From: Bosea sp. (in: a-proteobacteria)
GTDB taxonomy: Bacteria; Pseudomonadota; Alphaproteobacteria; Rhizobiales; Beijerinckiaceae
Direction of reading: 5' to 3'
DNA: 64,000 nucleotides
Assembly (NCBI RefSeq): GCF_036675845.1
Contig: NZ_JAKFED010000183.1
Coordinates: forward strand, 15,716-79,715
Shown here: positions 48,377 through 57,649 of the stretch, one piece after another
Position numbering within the stretch: the stretch's first letter is position 1
Layout: every line of letters starts with the position of its first letter
The notes under the pieces: model-generated
What the model was told of the DNA's origin: nothing
Seen by the model: only the letters and a program-made list of their open reading frames with translations
Databases searched by the model: none
Translations under genes and position numbers: made by a program

Positions 48377-49204
48377 TCAGAGCTTGTCCCGCGCCGTGTC
48401 CTGCCAGCGCAGGAAGGGGCGGGCGAGCGCGACCAGCACGCCATCCGCCAGCTTGCCGAGCACGGCGAAGGAGATGATGGCGGCGATGATGGTGGCAGGC
48501 CGGCCGAGTTGCTGGCCGTCGACGAGGAGATAGCCGAGCCCCTCGCTCGCGCCCATGATCTCGGCGGCGACGACGAACATGAAGCCGAGGCCGAGGCCGC
48601 CGCGCAGCGCCGTGAACCAGTCAGGCAGGATCGCCGGCAGCAGCACGCGCCGAACCATCGCCAACCTTCCGAGACGGAAGACGCGGCCGACCTCGACGAT
48701 CTTGCGGTCGATCGAGAGGATCGCGGCGGCAACGCCGAGATAGATCGGGAAGAAGACGCCGACCGCGATCAGCGCCACCTTGGACGCCTCGAAGATGCCG
48801 AACCAGAGGATGAAGAGCGGCACCCAGGCGATCGAGGGGATGGCGCGGAGCGCCTGCAGGGTCGGGTCGAGCAGGCCGCGTGCCACCGGCAGGGCGCCGG
48901 TGAGCGCCCCCAGCAGGGTGCCGGCGGCGGCGCCGAGGCCGAAGCCGGCGAGCACGCGCCAGAGCGTCGCGGCGGCATGGGTGGCGAGCTCGCCGCTGAG
49001 CGCAAGCTCCCAGAGCGTCGCGCCGACGACGCTCGGCGGCGGCATCAGCCGGCCATTGGCGAGCCCGGTCCGGACAGCCACCTCCCAGAGCGCAGCCAGG
49101 ACGAGCGGCAGCACCAGCCCGGCGAGACGCAGCCGCGTCCGCCCGGCCGACCCGGCCCGGGCGATGCTTTCGGCCGGAGCCGTCCCGATCTCGATCGCGC
49201 TCAT
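48377..49204 (-). CDS. Sulfonate-family ABC permease (SsuC-like)
   Basis: LRAIPSIAWVPLFILWFG and FVVAAEIMGASEGLGYLL. Confidence 0.93.
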   Translation of the reverse strand: MSAIEIGTAPAESIARAGSAGRTRLRLAGLVLPLVLAALWEVAVRTGLANGRLMPPPSVVGATLWELALSGELATHAAATLWRVLAGFGLGAAAGTLLGALTGALPVARGLLDPTLQALRAIPSIAWVPLFILWFGIFEASKVALIAVGVFFPIYLGVAAAILSIDRKIVEVGRVFRLGRLAMVRRVLLPAILPDWFTALRGGLGLGFMFVVAAEIMGASEGLGYLLVDGQQLGRPATIIAAIISFAVLGKLADGVLVALARPFLRWQDTARDKL

Positions 49205-49223
49205 CGCCGCCCGGCCATGCCGC

Positions 49224-50198
49224 TCAGTTGGTCGCGACGAAGCGCCGGTCGATCAGCGCGTCGACAGCCGCCTTGATGTCCGTCGCGGCGGGCAGCACCC
49301 CGGCCTGCTGCAAGGCGATGCCGGCGGCCAGGATCGTCTCGGCCTGGGCCGCGCCGATACTGCTGTGGGTCAGCTCGGTACGGGTGAGCTGGCGCTCGAT
49401 CACCGCGTCGGAGAGCTTGGTCGCCTCGACCAGCACCTTCCTGACCTCGGCCGGGTTGGCGAGCGCGATGGCGCGCGCCTCCTCATAGGCTTTCAGCACC
49501 TTGCGGACGAGCTCCGGATGCTTTTCGGCGAACTCCTCGCGGACATTGAGCACGCCCCAGGTGTTGTCGGCCGCCTTGCGGTGGAACAGCCTGGCGCCGG
49601 CCTCGATCTCGGCGGCGGCCATCAGCGGGTCGAGCCCCGCCCAGGCCTCGACATCGCCGCGCTCGAGCGCGAGCCGGCCATCGGCATGCTGCAGCAGGAC
49701 GAGCTTGACGTCCTTCTCGGTCAGGCCGGCATCGGCGAGCGAGCGCACCAGGAAGATGTGCGGATCGGTGCCGCGGGTGACGGCGACGCGCCTGCCCTTG
49801 AGATCGGCGACCTTGGTGATCTCGCTCTTGGCGCCGGTGACCAGCGCCGTCCATTCGGGCCGCGAATAGACATAGATGGACTTGATCGGGTTGCCGTTGA
49901 TCCTGCCGATCAGCGCGGCGGCGCCGGCGGTCGAGCCGAAGTCGAGCGAGCCGGCATTGAGGAATTCGAGCGCCTTGTTCGAGCCGGCGGAAAAGACCCA
50001 GCGGACCTTGATGCCGTCGGCCTCGAGCGCCTTCTCGAGGATACCGCGCTCCTTCAGGAGGAGGCCGACCGGATTATAGGTCGCGTAGTCGATGCGGATT
50101 TCCTTCGGCGCCTGGGCCAAAGCGGCGCCGCCGACGAATGCGGCGGCTGCAAAGCCGGCAATTGCGGCGCGGCGGCTCGGAGGCAGGATCTTCGTCAT
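49224..50198 (-). CDS. Aliphatic-sulfonate-family ABC substrate-binding protein (SsuA-like)
   Basis: Tat-like signal (SRRAAI), IRIDYATYNP, SAGSNKALEFLNAGSLDFGSTAG and RGTDPHIFL. Confidence 0.92.
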   Translation of the reverse strand: MTKILPPSRRAAIAGFAAAAFVGGAALAQAPKEIRIDYATYNPVGLLLKERGILEKALEADGIKVRWVFSAGSNKALEFLNAGSLDFGSTAGAAALIGRINGNPIKSIYVYSRPEWTALVTGAKSEITKVADLKGRRVAVTRGTDPHIFLVRSLADAGLTEKDVKLVLLQHADGRLALERGDVEAWAGLDPLMAAAEIEAGARLFHRKAADNTWGVLNVREEFAEKHPELVRKVLKAYEEARAIALANPAEVRKVLVEATKLSDAVIERQLTRTELTHSSIGAAQAETILAAGIALQQAGVLPAATDIKAAVDALIDRRFVATN

Positions 50199-50257
50199 GG
50201 CGTTTCCCTTCGTCGAATGGCTGCGAAGGGATCGGAGGCCTTGCGGGCCTCCCGCGC

Positions 50258-50317
50258 CCCACGCTTTAGCTGCACTTGTTTCGCGCCCGCAAGCTGGTGG
50301 CTCAAATCGGCGCGTGT
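50258..50317 (-). ncRNA. SAM-II (SAM-alpha) riboswitch, copy 2
   Basis: Minus strand cgcgccGATTTgagccaccagcTTGCgggcgcgaaacAAGTgcaGCTAAAgcgtggg; near-identical to copy 1. Confidence 0.82.
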
Positions 50318-50321
50318 CCGA

Positions 50322-50350
50322 TTTTTAGGTGCATGCGTTCTGTTTGTCAA
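50322..50350 (-). promoter_or_regulatory. Sigma70-like promoter for riboswitch copy 2
   Basis: TTGACA-N17-TAAAAA(T). Confidence 0.55.
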
Positions 50351-50472
50351 ACAACCCTTCCTGAAATCGGCATAGAAAATTTTCACATTTCAAGTATGTT
50401 TAATAGGGATTTCTGCCGTAGCCGCCATCGTGCTAGGGATCGCTCCTGAACCCTTCCCGCGAAAGCGCCGCC

Positions 50473-53280
50473 GTGCCGCCAGCGACCGACAAGCCCGCTC
50501 CGAAACTGGCCGAACTGATCGAGAACCCGGCCGCGGCCGTCGCCCGGCTGGCACGCCAGGCCGGCGGCGGCACGGAGGCGCTGCGCGCCGCCCTCGCCGC
50601 CGCCCTGCGCGACGCCCTCGAGGAAGGCCGCGCCTCGGCCAAGGAATTGCTTGCCCGCACCCGCAACGGCCTCACCTGCGCCAAGCGGCTCTCGGCCGCG
50701 ATGGACGCCGTGGTCGGCAGTCTCCATGCCGCGGCGACGCGACATTTCTATCCCGCGGAGAACCCGTCCTCGGGCGAGCGCATGGCCGTCGTCGCCGTCG
50801 GCGGCTATGGCCGCGGCACGCTGGCTCCGGGCTCGGATGTCGACCTGCTCTTCCTCTTCCCGGACAAGCAGACGGCCTGGGGCGAGAGCGTGGTCGAAGC
50901 GGTGCTCTACCCGCTCTGGGACCTGAAGCTGAAGGTCGGCCATTCGGTCCGCTCGGTCGACGACTGCATCCGCGAGGCGCGCGGCGACATGACGATCCGC
51001 ACCGCGCTGCTGGAGGCGCGGCTCGTCGCCGGCGATGCGGCGCTGTTCGCGCAGATGATGCGGCGCTACGGCGCCGAGGTGGTCGAGGGCAGCGCCCCGG
51101 CCTTCACCGAGGCCAAGCTCGCCGAGCGCGAGACCCGCGTCACGCGGGCCGGCACCTCGCGCTATCTGGTCGAGCCCAACGTCAAGGACGGCAAGGGCGG
51201 CCTGCGCGATCTCAACACCCTGTTCTGGATCGCCAAATACGCCTACCGCGTCGACGATCCGGCCGATCTCGTCGAGGCCGGCCTGTTCGACGCCCGGGAG
51301 CTCGCGATCTTCCGGCGCGCCGAGGAGTTCCTCTGGCGCGTGCGCTGCTGGATGCATTTCATCACCGGCCGGGCCGAGGAGCGGCTCTCCTTCGACCTGC
51401 AGCGCCAGGTAGCAGCTGCGATCGGCTATGCGGGCAGAAGCGGCCAGGCCCCGGTCGAGCGCTTCATGAAGGCCTATTTCCTCACGGCGAAGGATGTCGG
51501 CGACCTCACGGCGATCGTCTGCGCCGCGCTGGAAGCCCGCCAGCAGAAGCCGCGCGCGACCCTGACCCGGCTGCTCGGCTCGCTGACCAAGCGCAGGCGG
51601 GTGCGCGCGCTCGGCCACCCCGATTTCACGCTGAAGAGCCAGCGCCTCAGCGTCGTCGACGACGACGCCTTCAAGCGCGATCCCGTCAATCTCCTGCGCC
51701 TCTACGAGATCGCCAGCCGCGACGACATCGCCATCCACCCGGCCACCAGCCGGCTGGTGACGCAATCGCTGCGACTGGTCACGGCGCAATTGCGGAACGA
51801 TCGCGAGGCCAACCGCATCTTCATCGAGATCCTGACGGCACGGCGCTCGCCCGAGGCGGTGCTGCGGCGGATGAACGAATCCGGCCTGCTCGGCCGCTTC
51901 ATCCCGGATTTCGGCCGCGTCGTCGCGATGATGCAGTTCAACATGTATCATCACTATACGGTCGACGAGCACCTGATCCGCTCGATCGGCATCCTGGCCG
52001 AGATCGATGCCGGGGTGCTGGTGGCCGAGCATCCGCTCGCCAACTCGATCTTCGCCTCCATCGCCAACCGGCGCGCGCTTTATGTCGCGCTGTTGCTGCA
52101 CGACATCGCCAAGGGCCGGCCGGAGGACCATTCGGTCGCCGGCGCGCGCGTCGCCCGCAAGCTCTGCCGGCGTTTCGGCATGGCCGAGGCCCAGACCGAG
52201 ACCGTGGTCTGGCTGATCGAGAACCATCTCGTGATGTCGACCGTCGCCCAGAGCCGCGACCTCGGCGACCCGAAGACGATCGAGAGCTTCGCGGCGATCG
52301 TGCAATCGCTGGAACGGCTGAAGCTTTTGCTCGTGCTCACCGTCGCCGACATCAAGGCCGTCGGCCCCGGCGTCTGGAACGGCTGGAAGGGCCAGCTGCT
52401 GCGCACGCTCTATTACGAGACCGAGGTGGTGCTCGCCGGCGGCCATTCCGCGATCGAGCGCAAGGCCCGGGTGGAGCTGAAGCAGGACGCGCTCGCCGCC
52501 AGGCTCTCCGACTGGCCGCCGGCAGCACGCCAGGCCTATCTGGCCCGGCACTACCCGGCCTATTGGCTCAAGGTCGAGCTCGACCGCCAGGAGCAGCATG
52601 CGCGCTTCCTGCATGAGGCGGAGGGCGCCGGGCGCACCACCGCGACCAGGGTCGAGACCGACCGGTTCCGCGGCGTCACCGAACTCACCATCCTGGCGCC
52701 CGACCATCCGCGCCTGCTCGCCATCGTCACCGGCGCCTGCGCGGCGGCCGGCGGCAACATCGTCGACGCCCAGATCTTCACCACCAGCGACGGGCTGGTG
52801 CTCGACACCATCTTCGTCTCGCGCGCCTTCGAGCGCGACGACGACGAGTTGCGCCGGGCCGAGCGCATCGCGGCCGCGATCGAGCGCGCGCTGAAGGGCG
52901 AGATCAAGATCGCCGACCTGGTGGCGCAGCGCCGCGCCCCACCGCCGCGCGGCCAGACCTTCCAGGTCGCGCCCGAGGTGATCATCGACAACGTGCTCTC
53001 GACCCGCCACACCGTGCTCGAGGTTTCGGGGCTCGACCGGCCGGGCCTGCTCTACGATCTCACCACCGCGATCTCGAAGCTCAACCTCAACATCGCCTCG
53101 GCCCATATCGCCACTTTCGGCGAGAAGGCGGTCGACGTTTTCTACGTCACCGACCTGACGGGCGCGAAGATCACCACGACGGCGCGCCAGCTCGTCATCC
53201 GCCAGGCCCTGCTCGCCGTGTTCAGCTTCGACCATGACAAGGCGCAGGCGACGCGGACCAAAGCGATGGCCCGAGCTTGA
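50473..53280 (+). CDS. glnD: Bifunctional uridylyltransferase/uridylyl-removing enzyme
   Basis: AVGGYGRGTLAPGSDVDLLF, EPNVKDGKGGLRD, YHHYTVDEH, HD domain and two ACT domains (DRPGLL). Confidence 0.98.
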   Translation: MPPATDKPAPKLAELIENPAAAVARLARQAGGGTEALRAALAAALRDALEEGRASAKELLARTRNGLTCAKRLSAAMDAVVGSLHAAATRHFYPAENPSSGERMAVVAVGGYGRGTLAPGSDVDLLFLFPDKQTAWGESVVEAVLYPLWDLKLKVGHSVRSVDDCIREARGDMTIRTALLEARLVAGDAALFAQMMRRYGAEVVEGSAPAFTEAKLAERETRVTRAGTSRYLVEPNVKDGKGGLRDLNTLFWIAKYAYRVDDPADLVEAGLFDARELAIFRRAEEFLWRVRCWMHFITGRAEERLSFDLQRQVAAAIGYAGRSGQAPVERFMKAYFLTAKDVGDLTAIVCAALEARQQKPRATLTRLLGSLTKRRRVRALGHPDFTLKSQRLSVVDDDAFKRDPVNLLRLYEIASRDDIAIHPATSRLVTQSLRLVTAQLRNDREANRIFIEILTARRSPEAVLRRMNESGLLGRFIPDFGRVVAMMQFNMYHHYTVDEHLIRSIGILAEIDAGVLVAEHPLANSIFASIANRRALYVALLLHDIAKGRPEDHSVAGARVARKLCRRFGMAEAQTETVVWLIENHLVMSTVAQSRDLGDPKTIESFAAIVQSLERLKLLLVLTVADIKAVGPGVWNGWKGQLLRTLYYETEVVLAGGHSAIERKARVELKQDALAARLSDWPPAARQAYLARHYPAYWLKVELDRQEQHARFLHEAEGAGRTTATRVETDRFRGVTELTILAPDHPRLLAIVTGACAAAGGNIVDAQIFTTSDGLVLDTIFVSRAFERDDDELRRAERIAAAIERALKGEIKIADLVAQRRAPPPRGQTFQVAPEVIIDNVLSTRHTVLEVSGLDRPGLLYDLTTAISKLNLNIASAHIATFGEKAVDVFYVTDLTGAKITTTARQLVIRQALLAVFSFDHDKAQATRTKAMARA

Positions 53281-53304
53281 TTTCGGCCACCCGAAATCCG
53301 ATAT
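53276..53304 (+). promoter_or_regulatory. RpoH (sigma32)-type promoter for grpE
   Basis: CTTGAT-N16-CCGATAT versus the alphaproteobacterial consensus CTTGAA-N15/16-CCTATAT. Confidence 0.6.
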
Positions 53305-53373
53305 CGGCCACGAAACAGGCGCGGACCCGGCTTCCGTCCCTGACAGTTTGCATGACTGGAGTTTGATGACGCG

Positions 53374-53991
53374 ATGACGCGGAACCCTGCGATGGACGAT
53401 CCGAAGCCCGAGACGGAAACCCAGGTCGAGACGGAGGGCCAGGCGCCCGACGCGCTCGCCGCCGCCGAGGCCGAACGCGACGACCTCAAGGACAAGCTGC
53501 TGCGCACGCTGGCCGAGATGGAGAATCTGCGCCGGCGCACCGAGCGCGAAATCGCCGACGCCAAGGCCTATGCCGTCACCAGCTTCGCCCGCGACATGCT
53601 GGGCTCGGCCGATAATCTGCGCCGCGCCCTGGAAAGCGTGCCGCAGGCGGTACATGATTCTGCCGATGGGACGCTGAAGGCCGTCATCGACGGCGTCGAG
53701 CTGACCGAGCGCGAACTGCTCAAGACGCTGGAACGCCATGGCGTCCGGCGCATCGAGCCGCATGGCGAGAAATTCGACCCGAACCTGCACCAGGCGATGT
53801 TCGAGGCGCCCGACGAGAGCGTCGCCAAGGGGCTGGTCTCGAAGGTGGTTCAGACCGGCTACAAGATCGGCGAGCGGGTGCTTCGCCCGGCGCTGGTCGG
53901 CGTTTCGGCCGGTGGGTCCAAGCCCGCGGCGAACGGAGCCTCCGAGGCGCCGGCGCCGGAAGCCGGGGACAAGCCCGCTTCCGGCGAATGA
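53374..53991 (+). CDS. grpE: Nucleotide exchange factor GrpE
   Basis: [27 protein letters not shown] and [17 protein letters not shown]; alternative start at 53392. Confidence 0.96.
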   Translation: MTRNPAMDDPKPETETQVETEGQAPDALAAAEAERDDLKDKLLRTLAEMENLRRRTEREIADAKAYAVTSFARDMLGSADNLRRALESVPQAVHDSADGTLKAVIDGVELTERELLKTLERHGVRRIEPHGEKFDPNLHQAMFEAPDESVAKGLVSKVVQTGYKIGERVLRPALVGVSAGGSKPAANGASEAPAPEAGDKPASGE

Positions 53992-54037
53992 TGGGTGATG
54001 CGAAGGCGGGCGACGTCGCCGTCTTCGCCCTCACGCC

Positions 54038-54661
54038 TCAGCCTGACGGCTTGGTCACGCGGCGCAGGGTCAGGTTGATCCGCCCGGCCTGCGGCAGCAG
54101 GTTCGACGAGCCGGCAAGGATGCGGTCGATGCCGTGATAGGCCAGCCTCGCCTCGCCGCCGAAGGCGAGCGCGTCGCCCGAGGCCAGCTTCAGCGAGACC
54201 GTCCTGCCGCCGCGCACCGTGCCGCCGATGCGGAAGATCGCCGTGTCGCCGAGCGAGAGCGACAGCACAGGCGCCGAAAAATCCTGCTCGTCGCGGTCCT
54301 GGTGCAGGCCCATCCTCGCCGTCGGCTCGTAGAAATTGACCAGGCAGGCCTGCGGCGGGTGCGGATAGGCGGCGAGCTCTTCCCAGGCGCGCAGCAGGCG
54401 CGAAGGCATCTCCGGCCAAGGCGTGCCGGTTTCCGGATGGTTGGGCTGGTAGCGATAGCCACTCTCGTCCGAGACCCAGCCGAGCGCGCCGCAGTTCGTC
54501 ATTTTGACGGAGAAGGGTTTTCCCGTCTTCGGCATGCGCGGGGTGAAGAACGGCGCCTGCCGGGCGACCTCGCGCAGTTCTGCGACCAGCGCCGCCTGCT
54601 CGGCCGCATCGAGATAGCCCGGCCAATGCGTCACGCCGGGGGCGACGGCGAGCGGAGCCAT
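54038..54661 (-). CDS. alkB: Alpha-ketoglutarate-dependent dioxygenase, AlkB family
   Basis: SVKMTNCGALGW, CLVNFY..MGLHQD (HxD), YHGI and RINLTLR. Confidence 0.9.
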   Translation of the reverse strand: MAPLAVAPGVTHWPGYLDAAEQAALVAELREVARQAPFFTPRMPKTGKPFSVKMTNCGALGWVSDESGYRYQPNHPETGTPWPEMPSRLLRAWEELAAYPHPPQACLVNFYEPTARMGLHQDRDEQDFSAPVLSLSLGDTAIFRIGGTVRGGRTVSLKLASGDALAFGGEARLAYHGIDRILAGSSNLLPQAGRINLTLRRVTKPSG

Positions 54662-54666
54662 CAGGG

Positions 54667-55482
54667 TCAGAGCTTGTCGAGGCCGAGCACGTCGGCCATC
54701 GAATAGAGCCCGGGCTTGCGGCCGCGGCCCCAGAGCGCCGCCCGGACCGCGCCCTGGGCGAACAGGCTGCGATCCTCGGCGACATGGGAGAGCTCGAGGC
54801 GCTCGCCGGCCCCGGCGAAGATCACCTTGTGGTCGCCGACGACGGTGCCGCCGCGCAATGCGGTGAAGCCGATGGCGCCGGCGGGACGCGCCCCGACCTG
54901 GCCGTCGCGCACCGCGACGCGCGCCTGCGCGAGATCGACGCCCCGACCCTGGGCTGCCGCCTCGCCGAGCAGCACCGCCGTTCCCGACGGCGCATCGACC
55001 TTCATGCGGTGGTGCATCTCCGCGATCTCGATGTCCCAGTCGGTGCCGAGCGTGGCGGCGACCTTGCGCACCAGCGCCGCCAGCAGATTGACGCCGAGGC
55101 TCATATTGCCGGAGCGGATGATCGCGGCATGGCGCGCCGCCGCCTCCAGCCTTGCGATGTGGCCGGGCTCCAGGCCGGTCGTGCCGACGACATGCACGAT
55201 GCGGGCTTGGGCCGCGAGGCCGGCGAAAGCGACGCTCGCCTCGGGAGAAGTGAAGTCGAGCACGCCCTCGGCCTCGACGAAAGCCGGCAGCGCGTCGTCG
55301 GTGACGACGACGCCGCTTGCGGGCAATCCGGCGAGCACCGCGGCGTCCTGGCCAATCGCAGGCGAGCCCGGCCGCTCGATCGCGGCGCCGAGCACGCAGC
55401 CTTGCGTCTCCGCGATCGCCTTGATCAGCGAGCGGCCCATCCGGCCGGCGGCGCCGACGACGACAAGGCGCATGTCGCTCAT
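54667..55482 (-). CDS. dapB: 4-hydroxy-tetrahydrodipicolinate reductase
   Basis: [22 protein letters not shown] and [15 protein letters not shown]. Confidence 0.98.
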   Translation of the reverse strand: MSDMRLVVVGAAGRMGRSLIKAIAETQGCVLGAAIERPGSPAIGQDAAVLAGLPASGVVVTDDALPAFVEAEGVLDFTSPEASVAFAGLAAQARIVHVVGTTGLEPGHIARLEAAARHAAIIRSGNMSLGVNLLAALVRKVAATLGTDWDIEIAEMHHRMKVDAPSGTAVLLGEAAAQGRGVDLAQARVAVRDGQVGARPAGAIGFTALRGGTVVGDHKVIFAGAGERLELSHVAEDRSLFAQGAVRAALWGRGRKPGLYSMADVLGLDKL

Positions 55483-55564
55483 GATGAAACGCTCCAGAAT
55501 GCCAGGCTACGCCCGATCCGGGCGGCGCGACTGCCTATAAGCCGCTTCGCAGCCGGCCGAAACG

Positions 55565-55592
55565 AAAAACGGCCGGGCGAACCCGGCCGTTT
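55565..55592 (-). terminator. Intrinsic terminator after the Tim44-like gene
   Basis: Stem acggccggg/cccggccgt with a 4-nt loop, followed by TTTTT on the minus strand. Confidence 0.75.
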
Positions 55593-55613
55593 CGATCTCG
55601 ATAGGTGATGGCC

Positions 55614-56591
55614 CTATTCGGCCGGCTGGATCGCCGAGACCTGCCAGGCGCCACCGCGCGGACGCACGAAGGTCCAGAGCTCGGTGACCTCGCGCGGGAT
55701 CGTCGCATGGCCCTCGACGACGCGGCCGCCTTCGCGCTCGACGAGCGCGTTGAGCGAGCTGAAGCGCATCGCGACCGTGGCGTATTCGAAACCGGCCTCG
55801 CGCCAGGATTCGGCGAGGTCGCCCTGCAGCAGCTTGACGTCGGCGACGCGGTCGACGAGGCCCTTGCCGGCGTTCTCGGCGATGTCCTCGGCGAAATAGC
55901 CGGCCATCTCCGGCGTCGCCAGCTGACGCAGCGTGGCGTTATCCTCGTTCGAATAGGCGAGCTGGACGTCGCCGAGCAGCCGCTCGAAATTGGCATAGTC
56001 GGCGCCGGCGAGCTCGAACTCGACCGGCTTGGCGGAAGCGGCGGTGGCGGCGCCCGCACCGCCCATCATCGCGCCCACGCGCTGGGCAGCCTGAGGCTGC
56101 TCCGGCTGATAGGGCTCGCGACCGAGCGGAGCGCCGGCGCTCGCGAGCTGCGGCTGCGAACGGCGACGGAAGAAGCGCAGCGCCAGCCAGATCAGGCCGC
56201 CGATCAGCGCAACCTGGAACAGCATGCCAAGCATGCCGGCGAGGCCGCCGAAACCGGCGCCCGAGAGCAGGCCGAACAGGCCGGCACCGAGCAGGCCGGC
56301 ACCGATGCCCATCATCATGTTGCGGGCGAAGGACGGACGCGCCGCCTGCGCCGCGGCGGCGCCGGGCGCGGCCGCCGAGGGGCTAGGCGCAGGAGTGGCG
56401 GTGCGCTGCATCGGCGCGGCACCGGTCGGCGCCGTCTGGGTCGGCGCGACCTGCTGCGTGGTGCGCGAGCCGCGGCTGCCGAAGCCCTTGCCGCCACCCG
56501 GGCGAGCCTCGGCCAGCACGGGAACGAGCAGCAAGGCGCCGGCGAGAAGGGTGACGATCCGGCCGCGCCGGGCAAGCGAAATCAAAGACAT
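55614..56591 (-). CDS. Tim44/TimA-like domain protein
   Basis: AEARPGGGKGFGSRGSRT, GLLGAGLFGLL and C-terminal KLLQGDLAESW..VTELWTFVRP.GG.W.VSAIQ. Confidence 0.9.
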   Translation of the reverse strand: MSLISLARRGRIVTLLAGALLLVPVLAEARPGGGKGFGSRGSRTTQQVAPTQTAPTGAAPMQRTATPAPSPSAAAPGAAAAQAARPSFARNMMMGIGAGLLGAGLFGLLSGAGFGGLAGMLGMLFQVALIGGLIWLALRFFRRRSQPQLASAGAPLGREPYQPEQPQAAQRVGAMMGGAGAATAASAKPVEFELAGADYANFERLLGDVQLAYSNEDNATLRQLATPEMAGYFAEDIAENAGKGLVDRVADVKLLQGDLAESWREAGFEYATVAMRFSSLNALVEREGGRVVEGHATIPREVTELWTFVRPRGGAWQVSAIQPAE

Positions 56592-56773
56592 GGTCCCTCC
56601 CGGGGCCAGAGTGGCCCTCTTCGCGCAAATATGGAGGGGTCGTACGACTTTCGCAAGGTGGGCGCCCGGCAAACGCCTGCGATTCACCCGCTGCCGGAAC
56701 GTTGGGCTGCCGACACGGCTGTGGTATCGTTTCCGCTTCGTTACGCCTCGAACGCGAACGAAAGGAGCCAGCC

Positions 56774-57112
56774 ATGATCCGGGTCTTTCGGAGGCTGCAC
56801 CACCCGCGCGCGACGGCATCACGCCCTGTCGCGATTTCCGCCATGACGATGCTGGCCACGACGATTCTGGCCGCCACCGCCCTGCTGCTCTGCATCCCGG
56901 CCCAGGCTCAGGAGCCCGCCGAGGCGCTCGACCGGCCGCGTGTCGCACAGGCGCCCGAGCCCTATTGCTTCTGCTGGAGCGACGGCAAGAAGATCGCCGA
57001 AGGCGCGATCGCCTGCATCCGCACCAACAAGGGGCGGCGGCTGGCCCAATGCGGCCGCGTCATCAACATGATGTCCTGGGAAGTCAGCGAGAACCCCTGC
57101 CCCGAGAGTTGA
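56774..57112 (+). CDS. Hypothetical secreted Cys-rich protein
   Basis: AAAGGAG RBS; signal peptide ending AQA; C-terminal CFC..C..C..CP domain. Confidence 0.7.
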   Translation: MIRVFRRLHHPRATASRPVAISAMTMLATTILAATALLLCIPAQAQEPAEALDRPRVAQAPEPYCFCWSDGKKIAEGAIACIRTNKGRRLAQCGRVINMMSWEVSENPCPES

Positions 57113-57204
57113 GCGCCGCAGGGGGCGGCGGAGGGCGGCATCGAACGATGCCTTGCCGGGCCAAGGCCGGCTATAAAAGGACCAGCGATAAAGGGACCGG
57201 CCGG

Positions 57205-57239
57205 AAAAGAAAAACGCCACCGGATCCTTCCGGCGGCGC
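57205..57239 (-). terminator. Intrinsic terminator downstream of the small ORF
   Basis: Minus strand gcgccgccgga-agga-tccggtggcgt followed by TTTTCTTTT. Confidence 0.75.
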
Positions 57240-57284
57240 TTCCCGAACCATCTCTAGGGTCTCCAGACTTCAGACTGACTTCTG

Positions 57285-57368
57285 TCAGAACGCTCCGACC
57301 ACGATCGCCAGAACCAGCAAAAAAGCCGCTCCCATGGCCAATCGGTCGAGACTTAGCGCAAGGCTCAT
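57285..57368 (-). CDS. 27-aa single-TM small protein (not in the ORF track)
   Basis: MSLALSLDRLAMGAAFLLVLAIVVGAF*; strong AAGGAGG RBS 5 nt upstream; terminator downstream. Confidence 0.7.
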   Translation of the reverse strand: MSLALSLDRLAMGAAFLLVLAIVVGAF

Positions 57369-57470
57369 CGAACCCTCCTTTGTCATTGACCTGTCGCCGA
57401 AGTTAGCAGAATCGAGCGACGCCGCAAGCGGAAACGACGCGGAAAGCCGAGCCCGGCGAGAGCAATGACC

Positions 57471-57485
57471 TTAATCAAGGGTTAA
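57471..57485. promoter_or_regulatory. CtrA-like box
   Basis: TTAA-tcaaggg-TTAA (TTAA-N7-TTAA) about 100 nt upstream of the small ORF. Confidence 0.6.
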
Positions 57486-57649
57486 AGCATTGACTCGCTT
57501 TGTATATGGTCAAGATCAAGACCTTCTCTGTAAAAGGCTTTAGTATTCACAAGTCTAAGATGAACCCCCTGTATCACACTCGCGCCCGAATTGTTGCGAC
57601 GCAATATTGTTCCATCCGGGACAGGCGCCATTCTCCTGCCGGCGTTTCG

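Noticed and set aside
50383-53790. Very long antisense ORFs (1135 aa here; also 14085-16178, 29865-31880, 34606-36591 and others)
   Set aside because: These are shadow ORFs opposite well-supported genes, expected from high GC and codon bias; they have no recognisable motifs.
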